Assembly: GCA_025927545.1 (NCBI GenBank)
Contig: JAICLE010000006.1
Location: forward strand, 11,040 to 75,039
Length of the DNA: 64,000 nucleotides
Source: Gemmatimonadales bacterium
Lineage (GTDB): Bacteria; Gemmatimonadota; Gemmatimonadetes; Gemmatimonadales; GWC2-71-9
Direction: 5' to 3'
Below, piece by piece: positions 26,832-35,714 of the stretch. The stretch's first letter is position 1; each line of letters begins with the position of its first letter. Both the position numbers and the translations under genes were made by a program. Below the pieces are notes generated by a model. That model was not told where the DNA came from and searched no databases. It saw only the letters and a program-made list of their open reading frames with translations.

Positions 26832-28391
26832 ATGCTCAGGCTCGATGTATTCGGCGGGCTGACCCTCCTCGACCGCGATGGCCACCATGTGGCGCCCCAG
26901 CGGCGCCGGCTGGCGCTGCTGGCCCTGCTGGCCACGGCCGGCGACCGGGGCACGAGTCGCGACAAGCTCATTGGCTATCTCTGGCCCGAGAGCGCCGCCG
27001 AGAACGCGCGACACGCCCTCGAGCAGCTCCTCTATTCGCTCCGACGCCAGGTTCCCGGCGGCCTCATCCTGGGTACTGATCCCCTGCGGCTCGACCCCGA
27101 CAAGGTGAGCAGTGATCTCGCCGACTTCGGGAGCCGGACGGCGCAAGGTGACCTGGCGGGAGCAGTGGCGCTGTACCGGGGGCCGTTTCTGGACGGATTC
27201 TATCTGTCCGACGCCCCGGAGTTCGAGCGCTGGACGGAGCGCGAACGCGCTCGGCTCGCGGGGGAGTACGCGCGGGCGCTGCGCACGCTCGCGGAGCAGG
27301 CCAGGTCGGATGGGAAGCACACGGCGGAGGTCGACTACCGGCGGCAGCTCGCCGCGGCGGACCCCCTGGGCGAGAAGGCGGCCACGGAGCTGGTCCGCGG
27401 GCTGGCGGAAAGCGGGGATTGGGTCGGGGCCTCACGCGCAGCGAGAGAGTACCAGAGCCGGGTGCGCGGAGAGTTGCCCGGTGTCCCGGTCCGCGACCTG
27501 GAGGCGCTCCTCGAGCGGCTGCGCGAGGAGCGCCGGCCGGACGAGGCGGGCGGGAGCGCCGGACGGTACGTCGTCGAGCGGGAGCTGGGCCGGGGTTCGG
27601 CGGCGATCGTCTATCTGGCGCGCGATCGGCGGTACGACCGGTCGGTCGCCCTCAAGGTCCTGCGGCCGGAGCTCGCGACCGCAACCGACGCGCGGCGGTT
27701 CCGGCTCGAGATCAGCATTCTTGCCCGGTTGTACCATCCGCACATCTTGCAGCTCTACGACTCCGGTGTCATGCCGCCGGGCCCCGGTCCCGCCGGCCTG
27801 TTCTACGTCATGCCGTACGTGCGCGGCGAGTCGTTGCGGCAACGGCTAGGAAGGGAGGTTCAGCTCCCGATCGAGGATGCCGTCGCCATTGCGCGCACCG
27901 TCGCCGATGCGCTGGCCTATGCGCACGCGCAGGGGGTGATCCACCGGGACGTCCGGCCCAAGAACATCCTGCTCGAGGCCGGGCACGCCCTCGTGGCCGA
28001 CTTCGGCATCGCGGCCGTGCTCGAGGCGGCGGGTGGCGAGCGGCTCTCCGCCGCCGGCATCGTGCTCGGAGTGCCGGAGTACTCCAGCCCGGAGCAGGGG
28101 GCCGGGGGCTCGGCCCTCGACGGCCGCACGGACATCTACAGCCTGGGCTGCGTGCTGTACGAGATGCTGACCGCTGATCCGCCGTTCACGGGTGCGACAC
28201 GCGCCGCCGTATTCGCCCGGCACCGCTCCGACCCCCCGTCGCCGCTCCGCACGGTCCGGCCCGATGTCCCGCCCGGTGTCGAACGGGCGGTGCTGCGTGC
28301 CCTCGCGAAGCGGCCGGAAGAGCGATTCCTCACGGCCGCGGAGTTTGCGGCGGCGCTCGGGCGCGACTTCCGTCCCACCCGCATGATTTGA
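26832..28391 (+). CDS. Fusion protein: N-terminal SARP-type winged-helix + BTAD domain, C-terminal Hanks-type Ser/Thr protein kinase
   Basis: N-terminus: MLRLDVFGGLTLLDRDGHHV...RRRLALLALLA...RDKLIGYLWPE...LYRGPFLDGF...EFERWTERERARL (AfsR/DnrI-like). C-terminus: GRGSAAIVY, VALKVL, HRDVRPKNILL, ADFGIA, SPEQ. No TM segment is visible. Confidence 0.8.
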   Translation: MLRLDVFGGLTLLDRDGHHVAPQRRRLALLALLATAGDRGTSRDKLIGYLWPESAAENARHALEQLLYSLRRQVPGGLILGTDPLRLDPDKVSSDLADFGSRTAQGDLAGAVALYRGPFLDGFYLSDAPEFERWTERERARLAGEYARALRTLAEQARSDGKHTAEVDYRRQLAAADPLGEKAATELVRGLAESGDWVGASRAAREYQSRVRGELPGVPVRDLEALLERLREERRPDEAGGSAGRYVVERELGRGSAAIVYLARDRRYDRSVALKVLRPELATATDARRFRLEISILARLYHPHILQLYDSGVMPPGPGPAGLFYVMPYVRGESLRQRLGREVQLPIEDAVAIARTVADALAYAHAQGVIHRDVRPKNILLEAGHALVADFGIAAVLEAAGGERLSAAGIVLGVPEYSSPEQGAGGSALDGRTDIYSLGCVLYEMLTADPPFTGATRAAVFARHRSDPPSPLRTVRPDVPPGVERAVLRALAKRPEERFLTAAEFAAALGRDFRPTRMI

Positions 28392-29113
28392 CTCCCGATG
28401 CTGGCGCCCCCCGACCCTACATTGCCGGCGTGTCCACCTCCGTCGCCCGTCTCCCCACAGCGGATCGCCCCCGCGAGCGCCTCTGGTCGCTCGGAGCCGG
28501 TGCGCTCACCACCGCGGAGCTGCTGGCCGTGCTCCTCGGGACAGGGCGGGGCGGCCAGAGTGTGCTGGACGTGGCCGCTCGCCTGCTCGAGGTCAGCGAC
28601 GGATCGCTCCGCCGGCTGGCACAGCGCCCGCGGGCCGAACTGCTCAGGGCAGCCGGCGTGGGTCCCACCAAAGCGGCGCGCCTGCTCGCCGCGTTCGAGC
28701 TCGGCTCCCGAACCGCACGGGAGGAGCGCCCGACGCTGCCGCGCATCCGGGAGCCGGAAGACGTTGTCCACCTCTTCGACAACCGGCTCCGTGACCTGCA
28801 GGTCGAGGAGTTCCACCTCCTGGCGCTGGACAGCCAGAGCCAGGTGCTGCGCGAGGTGCTGGTCACCCGAGGGCTGCTCAACAGCTCGCTCGTACACCCC
28901 CGCGAGGTGTTCCGCGCCGCCATCGCCGAGGCGGCGGCCGGCATCATCGTGGTGCACAACCATCCGTCCGGTGATCCGACGCCCAGTGCCGAGGACCGGG
29001 CGGTCACCCAGCAACTGGCGGCAGCCGGCCGGCTCCTGGATCTGCCGCTGTACGACCACGTGATCATTGCCGGCGATCGGTTCCTGAGCTTCGCCACGGC
29101 CGGTCTGCTGTAG
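28388..29113 (+). CDS. radC: RadC-family (UPF0758) JAB-domain protein
   Basis: ADRPRERLWSLGAGALTTAELLAVLLGTG... (HhH N-domain) and HNHPSGDPTPSAEDRAVT (JAMM motif). The TTG 28388 start overlaps the kinase stop; GTG 28430 is an alternative. Confidence 0.85.
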   Translation: MTPDAGAPRPYIAGVSTSVARLPTADRPRERLWSLGAGALTTAELLAVLLGTGRGGQSVLDVAARLLEVSDGSLRRLAQRPRAELLRAAGVGPTKAARLLAAFELGSRTAREERPTLPRIREPEDVVHLFDNRLRDLQVEEFHLLALDSQSQVLREVLVTRGLLNSSLVHPREVFRAAIAEAAAGIIVVHNHPSGDPTPSAEDRAVTQQLAAAGRLLDLPLYDHVIIAGDRFLSFATAGLL

Positions 29114-29129
29114 CCGCGCAGGGAGGCAG

Positions 29130-31541
29130 TCACCCGCCGCTCACCACCTCCACCCGGAAGTCCCGCCCTTCCCACCGTTCCGCCGCCGTCCAGTGGAAGG
29201 TGAAGTCCACCCGGCCGCCGGCGGCCAGATCGGCGGTCGGCAGATCGGCGATGTGGACCCCGAGCCCCGTATCGCGCGTGGGCTGGTCACGCACCCGTCG
29301 CCAGCCGTCGATGCCCCAGTGGACCTCGGCCGGCGCGAGCGTCTCCAGGCGGAGCGTCTTCCCCGCCGCCATCGTCCGGATCGGCTCGCTGAAGCGCCAG
29401 GCCGCGTATGGTGTGGCCGTGCCCTCCTCGACGTAGCGCTGGTAGGTCTGCGCCGGCATGTCGAACACCCGCCCGTCGTGGAGCGAGCGCCGCAGCTTCA
29501 CGTATTCGGCGTGGGCCCAGACGAGCGGCATCGCGGAGCCGGTCGGGTGCCCCCGCCAGAGCTCATGATCCGGCAGGTCCGCCGCATCCCAGATCTGCTC
29601 GGGAAGCAGGCCGCTCACATTGGCAAACCGCTCGAGTGCGTCGAGCAGACGCTCCGCCGCATCCCGTCTGCCGGCGGCCAGCTCGAAATGTCCCCGTTCA
29701 CCGGTGAGCAACGGCCAGAGCCGGCCGATGCCGCTGCCGTCGAACGCCGACCCGTCGGCGTGCTCGCCGTAGCTGTCGCCGTTGTAGCGGTGCCAGGCAG
29801 GGCCGCCGGGCACGTCCTCCTTGAGGAGCGCGTCGATCACGGTGACGGTGTCGGCGATGCGCGGGTCGGCCGCGGAGCGGAGGCCGAACCGCACCAGCGC
29901 CAGCGCGTCCGGGCTCACCACCCGGGCATAGGGCATGGTGCGGCCGCCGAGCGGCCGGCGCTTGATCGCCACGAAGCCTTCGGCCGGCGAGGCCGCATCC
30001 GAGCTGTCGGCCGGCGCGATGCGTACGTAGTAGCCCCGCACGTGCAGCCGGCGACAGAGCTCGTCTCCGCTCACGTACGTCCAACGCTCGATGCTCGAGT
30101 TCCACAGGTCCGCCGTCTCCCGCAGATACGCCGCCACGGCCGGCTCCCCGCTCTCTTCCGCCAGTTCGGCCGCGATCAGGAGGGCCGCGACTTCCACGGC
30201 CAGCGTGGACGGCGCGTAGCCCGCCTGCTCCTCCCATCGGTCCTGCGGCGTGACGGGCCCGTTCCGGACCAGGTACCCCGCCGCGCGCCGAACCATCGGC
30301 CAGAAGCGCTCGAGCTCCCCTTCGGCCAGTCCCTTCTCGCGCCGGGTGAGCTCCACGAGAAGGATCGGCAGCCCGGTCTCGTCCATCTGGATGCCGTCCC
30401 AGTACGGCGTCCCGGCGTGCCACATGTTCTGCGGCCAGTGGCCGTCGGGCTCCTGGGTCACCTGCAGATAATCGAGCACCCGCACCGCGTCGTCCGCCGC
30501 CCCGGCGGCGAGGAGCCCGCCCGCTGATTCGACGAGGTCGCGAGGCCAGATGAGGTGGTAGCCGCCGAGGTCGTCGTCGCCCTTGGCCTGGCCCCACGGA
30601 ATGGAAAGGCTGGCCACGATCGCGCCGGCAAACGCCTTGGCTTCGTGGCAGCGAATCACCGCCGCGCTCCCGCGAAACAGGTCGCGCCGCCGCGGGGCCA
30701 GAGCGTCGAGCGGGAGCAGCCCGGATTGCCAGTCTTCCCAGTCGGCGAGATATCGGGCGGCTGCCGACTCGAAGCCGTCGAACAGCGTGGCCAGCGCCCG
30801 GCTCCCGGCCTCCGCCGGCGAGTCGCCGAACCCCAGTGCCAGATCGAACTCGGCTGCGGCGCCGGCCATGCTGATCTCTCCGGTGAGCGCGACATTGCCG
30901 TTTTCGGCGCGGGTGTAGCTGGTCTCGAGTGAACCCTGGCGCATGAGCTGCTGCCACCCATCGGACGCGCCGACGAATCCGGCCGAGCGCGCCCGCCACG
31001 GTGCCGAGCAGGCCAGGGCCAGTGCCAGGCCGTTCCGCTCGGCGAACAGCATCGGCCGCCCCTTGTACTCGCCGAGCCAGGCGGTGTTGCCGTTCCCCGC
31101 GTTGCCCAGGTGGGGCGCCAGCACGACGAAGACGCGATAGTCCTGAGTGGTGCCGAGGAGGGGGACAAAGCGGGTGTGCTGGAGAACGGTATCGCGACGC
31201 GGATCGGCCACTACCTCCTTTTCGATCCGGTAGCGGCCCCGATCGCACGTATTTACCAGGCGATAGAGCGGGACTCCCGGGGCCGCGGCGGAAACCGCAT
31301 GGGTGGTGTGGCGCTTTTCCTCGGAGACGAACTGCGCTCCGGCGGTAATGACCAGCCCCATGTCGCGGATGCAGGCCTGGTCGTTCCGGGGATAGTACAC
31401 CTCGTTGAGAATACCGTGGCTCACCGTAAACCATACGCGGCTGGCCCGGCCGAGCGCGGTGCCGACGCCGGTCTTCGCGCTCGATGTCCAGCGTGGAGCA
31501 ATCCCCGGCCAGCCGGGGGCATACGGCACCACTTCGGTCAC
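29130..31541 (-). CDS. Glycoside hydrolase family 15 glucoamylase / glucodextranase-like
   Basis: 803 aa: MTEVVPYAPGWPGIAPRWTSSAKTGVGTA...VWFTVSHGILNEVYYP (beta-sandwich N-domain) and an (alpha/alpha)6 catalytic part (LIWPRDL, WEEQAGYAPSTLA). GTG start with GAGGAG 6 nt upstream. Confidence 0.85.
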   Translation of the reverse strand: MTEVVPYAPGWPGIAPRWTSSAKTGVGTALGRASRVWFTVSHGILNEVYYPRNDQACIRDMGLVITAGAQFVSEEKRHTTHAVSAAAPGVPLYRLVNTCDRGRYRIEKEVVADPRRDTVLQHTRFVPLLGTTQDYRVFVVLAPHLGNAGNGNTAWLGEYKGRPMLFAERNGLALALACSAPWRARSAGFVGASDGWQQLMRQGSLETSYTRAENGNVALTGEISMAGAAAEFDLALGFGDSPAEAGSRALATLFDGFESAAARYLADWEDWQSGLLPLDALAPRRRDLFRGSAAVIRCHEAKAFAGAIVASLSIPWGQAKGDDDLGGYHLIWPRDLVESAGGLLAAGAADDAVRVLDYLQVTQEPDGHWPQNMWHAGTPYWDGIQMDETGLPILLVELTRREKGLAEGELERFWPMVRRAAGYLVRNGPVTPQDRWEEQAGYAPSTLAVEVAALLIAAELAEESGEPAVAAYLRETADLWNSSIERWTYVSGDELCRRLHVRGYYVRIAPADSSDAASPAEGFVAIKRRPLGGRTMPYARVVSPDALALVRFGLRSAADPRIADTVTVIDALLKEDVPGGPAWHRYNGDSYGEHADGSAFDGSGIGRLWPLLTGERGHFELAAGRRDAAERLLDALERFANVSGLLPEQIWDAADLPDHELWRGHPTGSAMPLVWAHAEYVKLRRSLHDGRVFDMPAQTYQRYVEEGTATPYAAWRFSEPIRTMAAGKTLRLETLAPAEVHWGIDGWRRVRDQPTRDTGLGVHIADLPTADLAAGGRVDFTFHWTAAERWEGRDFRVEVVSGG

Positions 31542-31582
31542 GTGAGGCTCCTCAACCCATTATACATCCACCACGGGGCGGT

Positions 31583-31596
31583 GGTGAACGTTCACC
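31583..31596. promoter_or_regulatory. Perfect 14-bp palindrome GGTGAACGTTCACC, candidate operator between the GH15 gene and glk
   Basis: The sequence is exactly self-complementary. It lies in the 71-nt divergent intergenic region, 17 nt upstream of the glk ATG and just downstream of an AT-rich TTATACAT box. Confidence 0.45.
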
Positions 31597-31612
31597 TGCG
31601 GAGGCCGGAACC

Positions 31613-32650
31613 ATGCTGCTCGCCGGCGACATCGGCGGAACGAAGACGGACCTCGCGATCATCTCTCCCGAGCGTGGACCGCGGGCCCCGCTGCTGCGCG
31701 CGGAATTCCCGAGCGCCGGCTTCCCGAGCCTCCCGGCGCTCGTGCGTGCGTTCCTGGCCACCACCGCGTACGAAGTGGACCGCGCCTGCTTCGACGTGGC
31801 TGGCCCGGTGCTCGAGGGCCGCTCGACGGTCACCAATCTGTCGTGGGTACTCGACGAGGGCGAGTTGGCGCGTGAGCTGGGCCTGGAGTCGGTTCATCTG
31901 CTCAACGATCTCCACGCCATCGCGATCGCCGTACCCACGCTCGGGGCGGATGAGCTGCACACGCTGAATCCCGGCAGGCCGGCAGGGGAAGGCGTCATCG
32001 CCGTGGTGGCGCCGGGCACTGGTCTGGGGGAGGCGTTTCTCGTGTGGGACGGCGTGAGCTACAGGGCCTGCCCGTCGGAGGGTGGCCACGCGGGCTTCGC
32101 GCCCGCGTCGGAGCTGGAGGCGGATCTGTTGAAGCATCTGATGAAGCGGTTTGGCCACGTGAGCCGGGAACGGGTATGCTCCGGCCTCGGCATCCCGAAC
32201 CTCTACGGGTTTCTTCGCGATCAGGGGCACGCGACCGAATCCGCGGAGCTGGCCGCCGCGCTCGCTGCGGCATCGGACCCCACGCCGCTCATCGGCGAAG
32301 CCGCGCTCCGGCGCTCCCCGCCCGACCCGCTCAGCCGCGCCGCGCTCGAGCTTTTCATCGCCATCCTCGCCACGGAAGCGGGCAACTTCGCGCTGGAGGT
32401 GCTGGCCACGGGCGGGGTCTATCTCGCCGGCGGAATCCCCGCCCACATCCTGCCCGCGCTGGTGGAGGGGGGCTTCATGCGGCAGTTCGTGCGGAAGGGG
32501 CGGCTGACCGATCTGTTGACCCAGATCCCGGTACACGTCGTCCTGGCGCGCGCGGCACTCATCGGGTCGGCCATTCGCGGGCTCGAGCTCGCGGCGGCGG
32601 AAACGGCGACGGTCCAAGGGAGGGGAGCGGCGCGATGCAGCTTGGCATGA
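31613..32650 (+). CDS. glk: Glucokinase
   Basis: MLLAGDIGGTKTDLAI... (the ATP-binding DIGGT motif), ...LLNDLHAIA..., GTGLGEAFL. GGAGG lies 9 nt upstream of ATG 31613. Confidence 0.85.
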   Translation: MLLAGDIGGTKTDLAIISPERGPRAPLLRAEFPSAGFPSLPALVRAFLATTAYEVDRACFDVAGPVLEGRSTVTNLSWVLDEGELARELGLESVHLLNDLHAIAIAVPTLGADELHTLNPGRPAGEGVIAVVAPGTGLGEAFLVWDGVSYRACPSEGGHAGFAPASELEADLLKHLMKRFGHVSRERVCSGLGIPNLYGFLRDQGHATESAELAAALAAASDPTPLIGEAALRRSPPDPLSRAALELFIAILATEAGNFALEVLATGGVYLAGGIPAHILPALVEGGFMRQFVRKGRLTDLLTQIPVHVVLARAALIGSAIRGLELAAAETATVQGRGAARCSLA

Positions 32651-33651
32651 TCGGCCTGGGACGGATGGGATCCAATATGGTTCGCCGGCTGATGCGCGCC
32701 GGTCACGAATGTGTGGTCTTCGACGTCCATCCCGAGGCGGTGCGTGCGCTTGGGGACGAGGGCGCCGTCGGAACGTCCTCGCTGGCCGCGTTCGTAGCGG
32801 CCCTCACTGCGCCCCGCGCCATCTGGCTCATGGTCCCCGCGGCGGTGGTGGACCGCGAGCTGGCGGCGCTCGCGCCCCTCCTGCGCCCGGAGGACATCGT
32901 CGTGGATGGCGGCAACTCGCACTACCATGACGATCTCCGGCGGGCGGAACAGCTCCGGCTCGGGGGCGTCCACTATCTGGACGTGGGGACCAGCGGTGGC
33001 GTGTGGGGACTGGAGCGTGGCTACTGCCTGATGATCGGCGGGGACGCGACGGCGGTGCGTCGGCTCGACCCGATCTTCGCGGCCCTCGCGCCGGGAACTG
33101 GTGCCGTGACCGACACGCCGGGCCGCCCCTCGGACGGGGGCACGGCCGGTCGCGGCTATCTCCACTGCGGCCCGTCGGGCGCCGGCCACTTCGTGAAGAT
33201 GGTGCACAACGGCATCGAGTACGGCATCATGGCGGCCTACGCCGAGGGGCTCAACATCCTGCACCATGCCGATGCCGGCACGCATACGCGGGAGACCGAC
33301 GCCGAAACGACGCCGCTCCGGCATCCGGAGCACTACCAGTACTCGCTCGATCTCGCCGGTATCACCGAAGTGTGGCGCCACGGCAGCGTCATCGCGTCGT
33401 GGCTGCTGGACCTGACCGCCCGCGCCCTCGGCGAGTCGCCGGACCTGGCGAGCTTCGCGGGACGGGTGTCGGACTCGGGGGAGGGGCGCTGGACCGTGTC
33501 CGCCGCTCTGGACCAGGCGGTGCCCGTGCCGGTGCTGAGCGCCGCGCTCTATCAGCGGTTCAGCTCGCGCGGCGAGGCGGACTTCGCCGACCGCCTGCTG
33601 TCGGCGCTCCGCTATCAGTTCGGCGGGCATGTGGAGAAAGCCCCGGGTTAG
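32635..33651 (+). CDS. gnd: 6-phosphogluconate dehydrogenase (decarboxylating), short form
   Basis: MQLGMIGLGRMGSNMVRRL..., DGGNSHYHDD, GTSGGVWGLERGYCLMIGG, GAGHFVKMVHNGIEYG. The start overlaps the glk 3' end by 16 nt. Confidence 0.85.
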   Translation: MQLGMIGLGRMGSNMVRRLMRAGHECVVFDVHPEAVRALGDEGAVGTSSLAAFVAALTAPRAIWLMVPAAVVDRELAALAPLLRPEDIVVDGGNSHYHDDLRRAEQLRLGGVHYLDVGTSGGVWGLERGYCLMIGGDATAVRRLDPIFAALAPGTGAVTDTPGRPSDGGTAGRGYLHCGPSGAGHFVKMVHNGIEYGIMAAYAEGLNILHHADAGTHTRETDAETTPLRHPEHYQYSLDLAGITEVWRHGSVIASWLLDLTARALGESPDLASFAGRVSDSGEGRWTVSAALDQAVPVPVLSAALYQRFSSRGEADFADRLLSALRYQFGGHVEKAPG

Positions 33652-33660
33652 GAGAGCGAT

Positions 33661-35046
33661 ATGGGCGAGCAGTCCGACGCGCTGGTGCTGTTCGGCGTCA
33701 CGGGTGACCTGGCATTCAAGCAGGTCTTTCCGGCGCTCCAGGCACTGATCCGCCGCGGCCAGTTGAGTGTTCCCATCGTGGGGGTGGCGCGCTCCGGCTG
33801 GACGCTGGAGCAGTTGCGGGATCGCGCCCGGCAGAGCCTCGAGGCGCATGGCGGAGTCGATGCCGCCGCCTTTGCCAGGATGTCGGAACTGTTCCGGTAC
33901 GTGGACGGCGATTACCGCGATCCCGCGACTTACGTCCGCTTGCGTGAGGCGCTCGGGACCGCCGCCCGTCCCCTGCATTACCTGGCGATCCCGCCCAGCC
34001 TCTTCGCGGTCGTCGCCGAGGGCCTGGCCTCGTCGGGCTGCACCCCGGGCGCCCGGGTCGTGGTCGAGAAGCCGTTCGGCCGCGACCTCGCCTCCGCGCG
34101 CGAGCTGAACACCACCCTCCATCGGTTCTTTCGCGAAGCGGACATCTTCCGGATCGACCACTACCTCGGCAAGGAGCCGGTCCAGAACCTCCTCTACTAC
34201 CGCTTCGCCAACTCCTTCCTCGAGCCGGTCTGGAACCGCAACTACATCCGCCAGATCCAGATCACCATGGCCGAGAGCTTCGGCGTCCGGGGCCGCGGGA
34301 AATTCTACGAGGAGGCCGGTGCCATCCGCGACGTGGTGCAGAATCATCTGCTGCAGGTAGTAAGCCTGCTCGCGATGGAACCGCCGTCGGGAAGCGACAC
34401 CGAGGCCGTCCGCGATGCCAAGGGGCAGGCCTTTCGCGTCATACGGCCGCTCCAGCCCGCCGACGTCGTGCGCGGCCAGTTCGCCGGGTACCGGAACGAG
34501 CCCGGCGTGGCGCCCGACTCGGAGGTCGAGACCTTCGCCGCCGTCCGGCTGCAGCTCGATTCCTGGCGCTGGGCGGGGGTGCCGTTCTTCATCCGCGCCG
34601 GGAAATGTCTGCCGGTGACGGCCACGGAAGTGTTCGTGGAGCTCAAGCGGCCGCCGCAGGCGCTGTTCGCCGATGCCGCGACCAGCCCGGCCAACTGCTT
34701 CCGCTTCCGGCTGAGTCCCCACGTGGTGCTCTCGCTCGCCGCGCGTGCCAAGCTGCCCGGCGAGGCAATGGTGGGCGAGGACGTCGAGCTCGTATCCTGC
34801 CACGAGCGGGCCGACGAGATGGCCCCCTACGAGCGGCTGCTCCGCGACGCCATGCGCGGGGACCAGATGCTCTTTGCGCGGGAGGACGCGGTGGAGCGAG
34901 CGTGGCGGGTGGTGGACCCGGTCCTCGGCAGCGGGACCACCCCGCTCGAGACGTACGCGGCGGGGAGTTGGGGCCCGACGGAGGCCGACTGCCTCACCGC
35001 GGCCACCGGCGGCTGGCACCAGCCGGCCGAGGAGAGCGGCTGCTGA
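33661..35046 (+). CDS. zwf: Glucose-6-phosphate 1-dehydrogenase
   Basis: LVLFGVTGDLAFKQVFPAL, RIDHYLGKE, NYIRQIQITMAE and RDVVQNHLLQ are Zwf signature motifs. Confidence 0.9.
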   Translation: MGEQSDALVLFGVTGDLAFKQVFPALQALIRRGQLSVPIVGVARSGWTLEQLRDRARQSLEAHGGVDAAAFARMSELFRYVDGDYRDPATYVRLREALGTAARPLHYLAIPPSLFAVVAEGLASSGCTPGARVVVEKPFGRDLASARELNTTLHRFFREADIFRIDHYLGKEPVQNLLYYRFANSFLEPVWNRNYIRQIQITMAESFGVRGRGKFYEEAGAIRDVVQNHLLQVVSLLAMEPPSGSDTEAVRDAKGQAFRVIRPLQPADVVRGQFAGYRNEPGVAPDSEVETFAAVRLQLDSWRWAGVPFFIRAGKCLPVTATEVFVELKRPPQALFADAATSPANCFRFRLSPHVVLSLAARAKLPGEAMVGEDVELVSCHERADEMAPYERLLRDAMRGDQMLFAREDAVERAWRVVDPVLGSGTTPLETYAAGSWGPTEADCLTAATGGWHQPAEESGC

Positions 35047-35714
35047 TGGCGGTGCGCCCGGTGGTGGGGTACCTGTTCGACGTGGACAACACGCTGCTCG
35101 ACAACGACGCGGCCCAGGCCGACTATCGGGCCCATCTCGCGCGCGAGTCCGGCCCCGAGGCGGCCGAGCGATACTGGGCGATTTTCCTGGAACGCCGGCG
35201 GGAGGTGGGCTATGCCGACTACCTCGGCGCGCTGCAGCGCTACCGGCTCGAGCGGCTGCACGATCCGCGGCTGCTGCTCATGTCGTCGTTCCTGCTCGAC
35301 TACCCGTTCGCGGACCGCCTCTACCCCGGCGCGATGGACGTGCTCGGGCTGTACGGACGCCGCGGCATCACCATCGTCTTCTCCGATGGCGACGTGGTGT
35401 TCCAGCCGCGTAAGGTCGAGCGCGCCGGCATCCGGCGCGCGGTGGAGGATCGGGTGCTGATCTGCGTACACAAGGAGCAGGAGCTGGCCGATGTCGAACG
35501 CTTCTACCCGGCCGACCGTTACGTGCTGATCGATGACAAGCTTCGCATTCTCACGGCGGTGAAGCGGGCCTGGGGCTCGCGGGTCACCACTGTATTCGCC
35601 CGGCAGGGGCACTATGCGCACGATCCCGAGCTGCTGGCCGCGTATCCGCCGGCCGACGTGAGCATCGAGCGCATCGGCGACCTGCTGGATCTCGACGTTG
35701 GGAGGACCGTATGA
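35046..35714 (+). CDS. HAD-superfamily hydrolase
   Basis: The ATG shares one base with the zwf stop (TGATG). The DxDxT nucleophile motif (FDVDNTLLDND) and later SDGD / IDDK motifs are present. Substrate unknown. Confidence 0.7.
   Translation: MAVRPVVGYLFDVDNTLLDNDAAQADYRAHLARESGPEAAERYWAIFLERRREVGYADYLGALQRYRLERLHDPRLLLMSSFLLDYPFADRLYPGAMDVLGLYGRRGITIVFSDGDVVFQPRKVERAGIRRAVEDRVLICVHKEQELADVERFYPADRYVLIDDKLRILTAVKRAWGSRVTTVFARQGHYAHDPELLAAYPPADVSIERIGDLLDLDVGRTV

Noticed and set aside
32419-35019. 866-aa ORF antisense to gnd and zwf
   Set aside because: Same reasoning. The sense strand encodes two well-recognised enzymes. The antisense translation is Arg/Gly/Pro/His-rich and motif-free.
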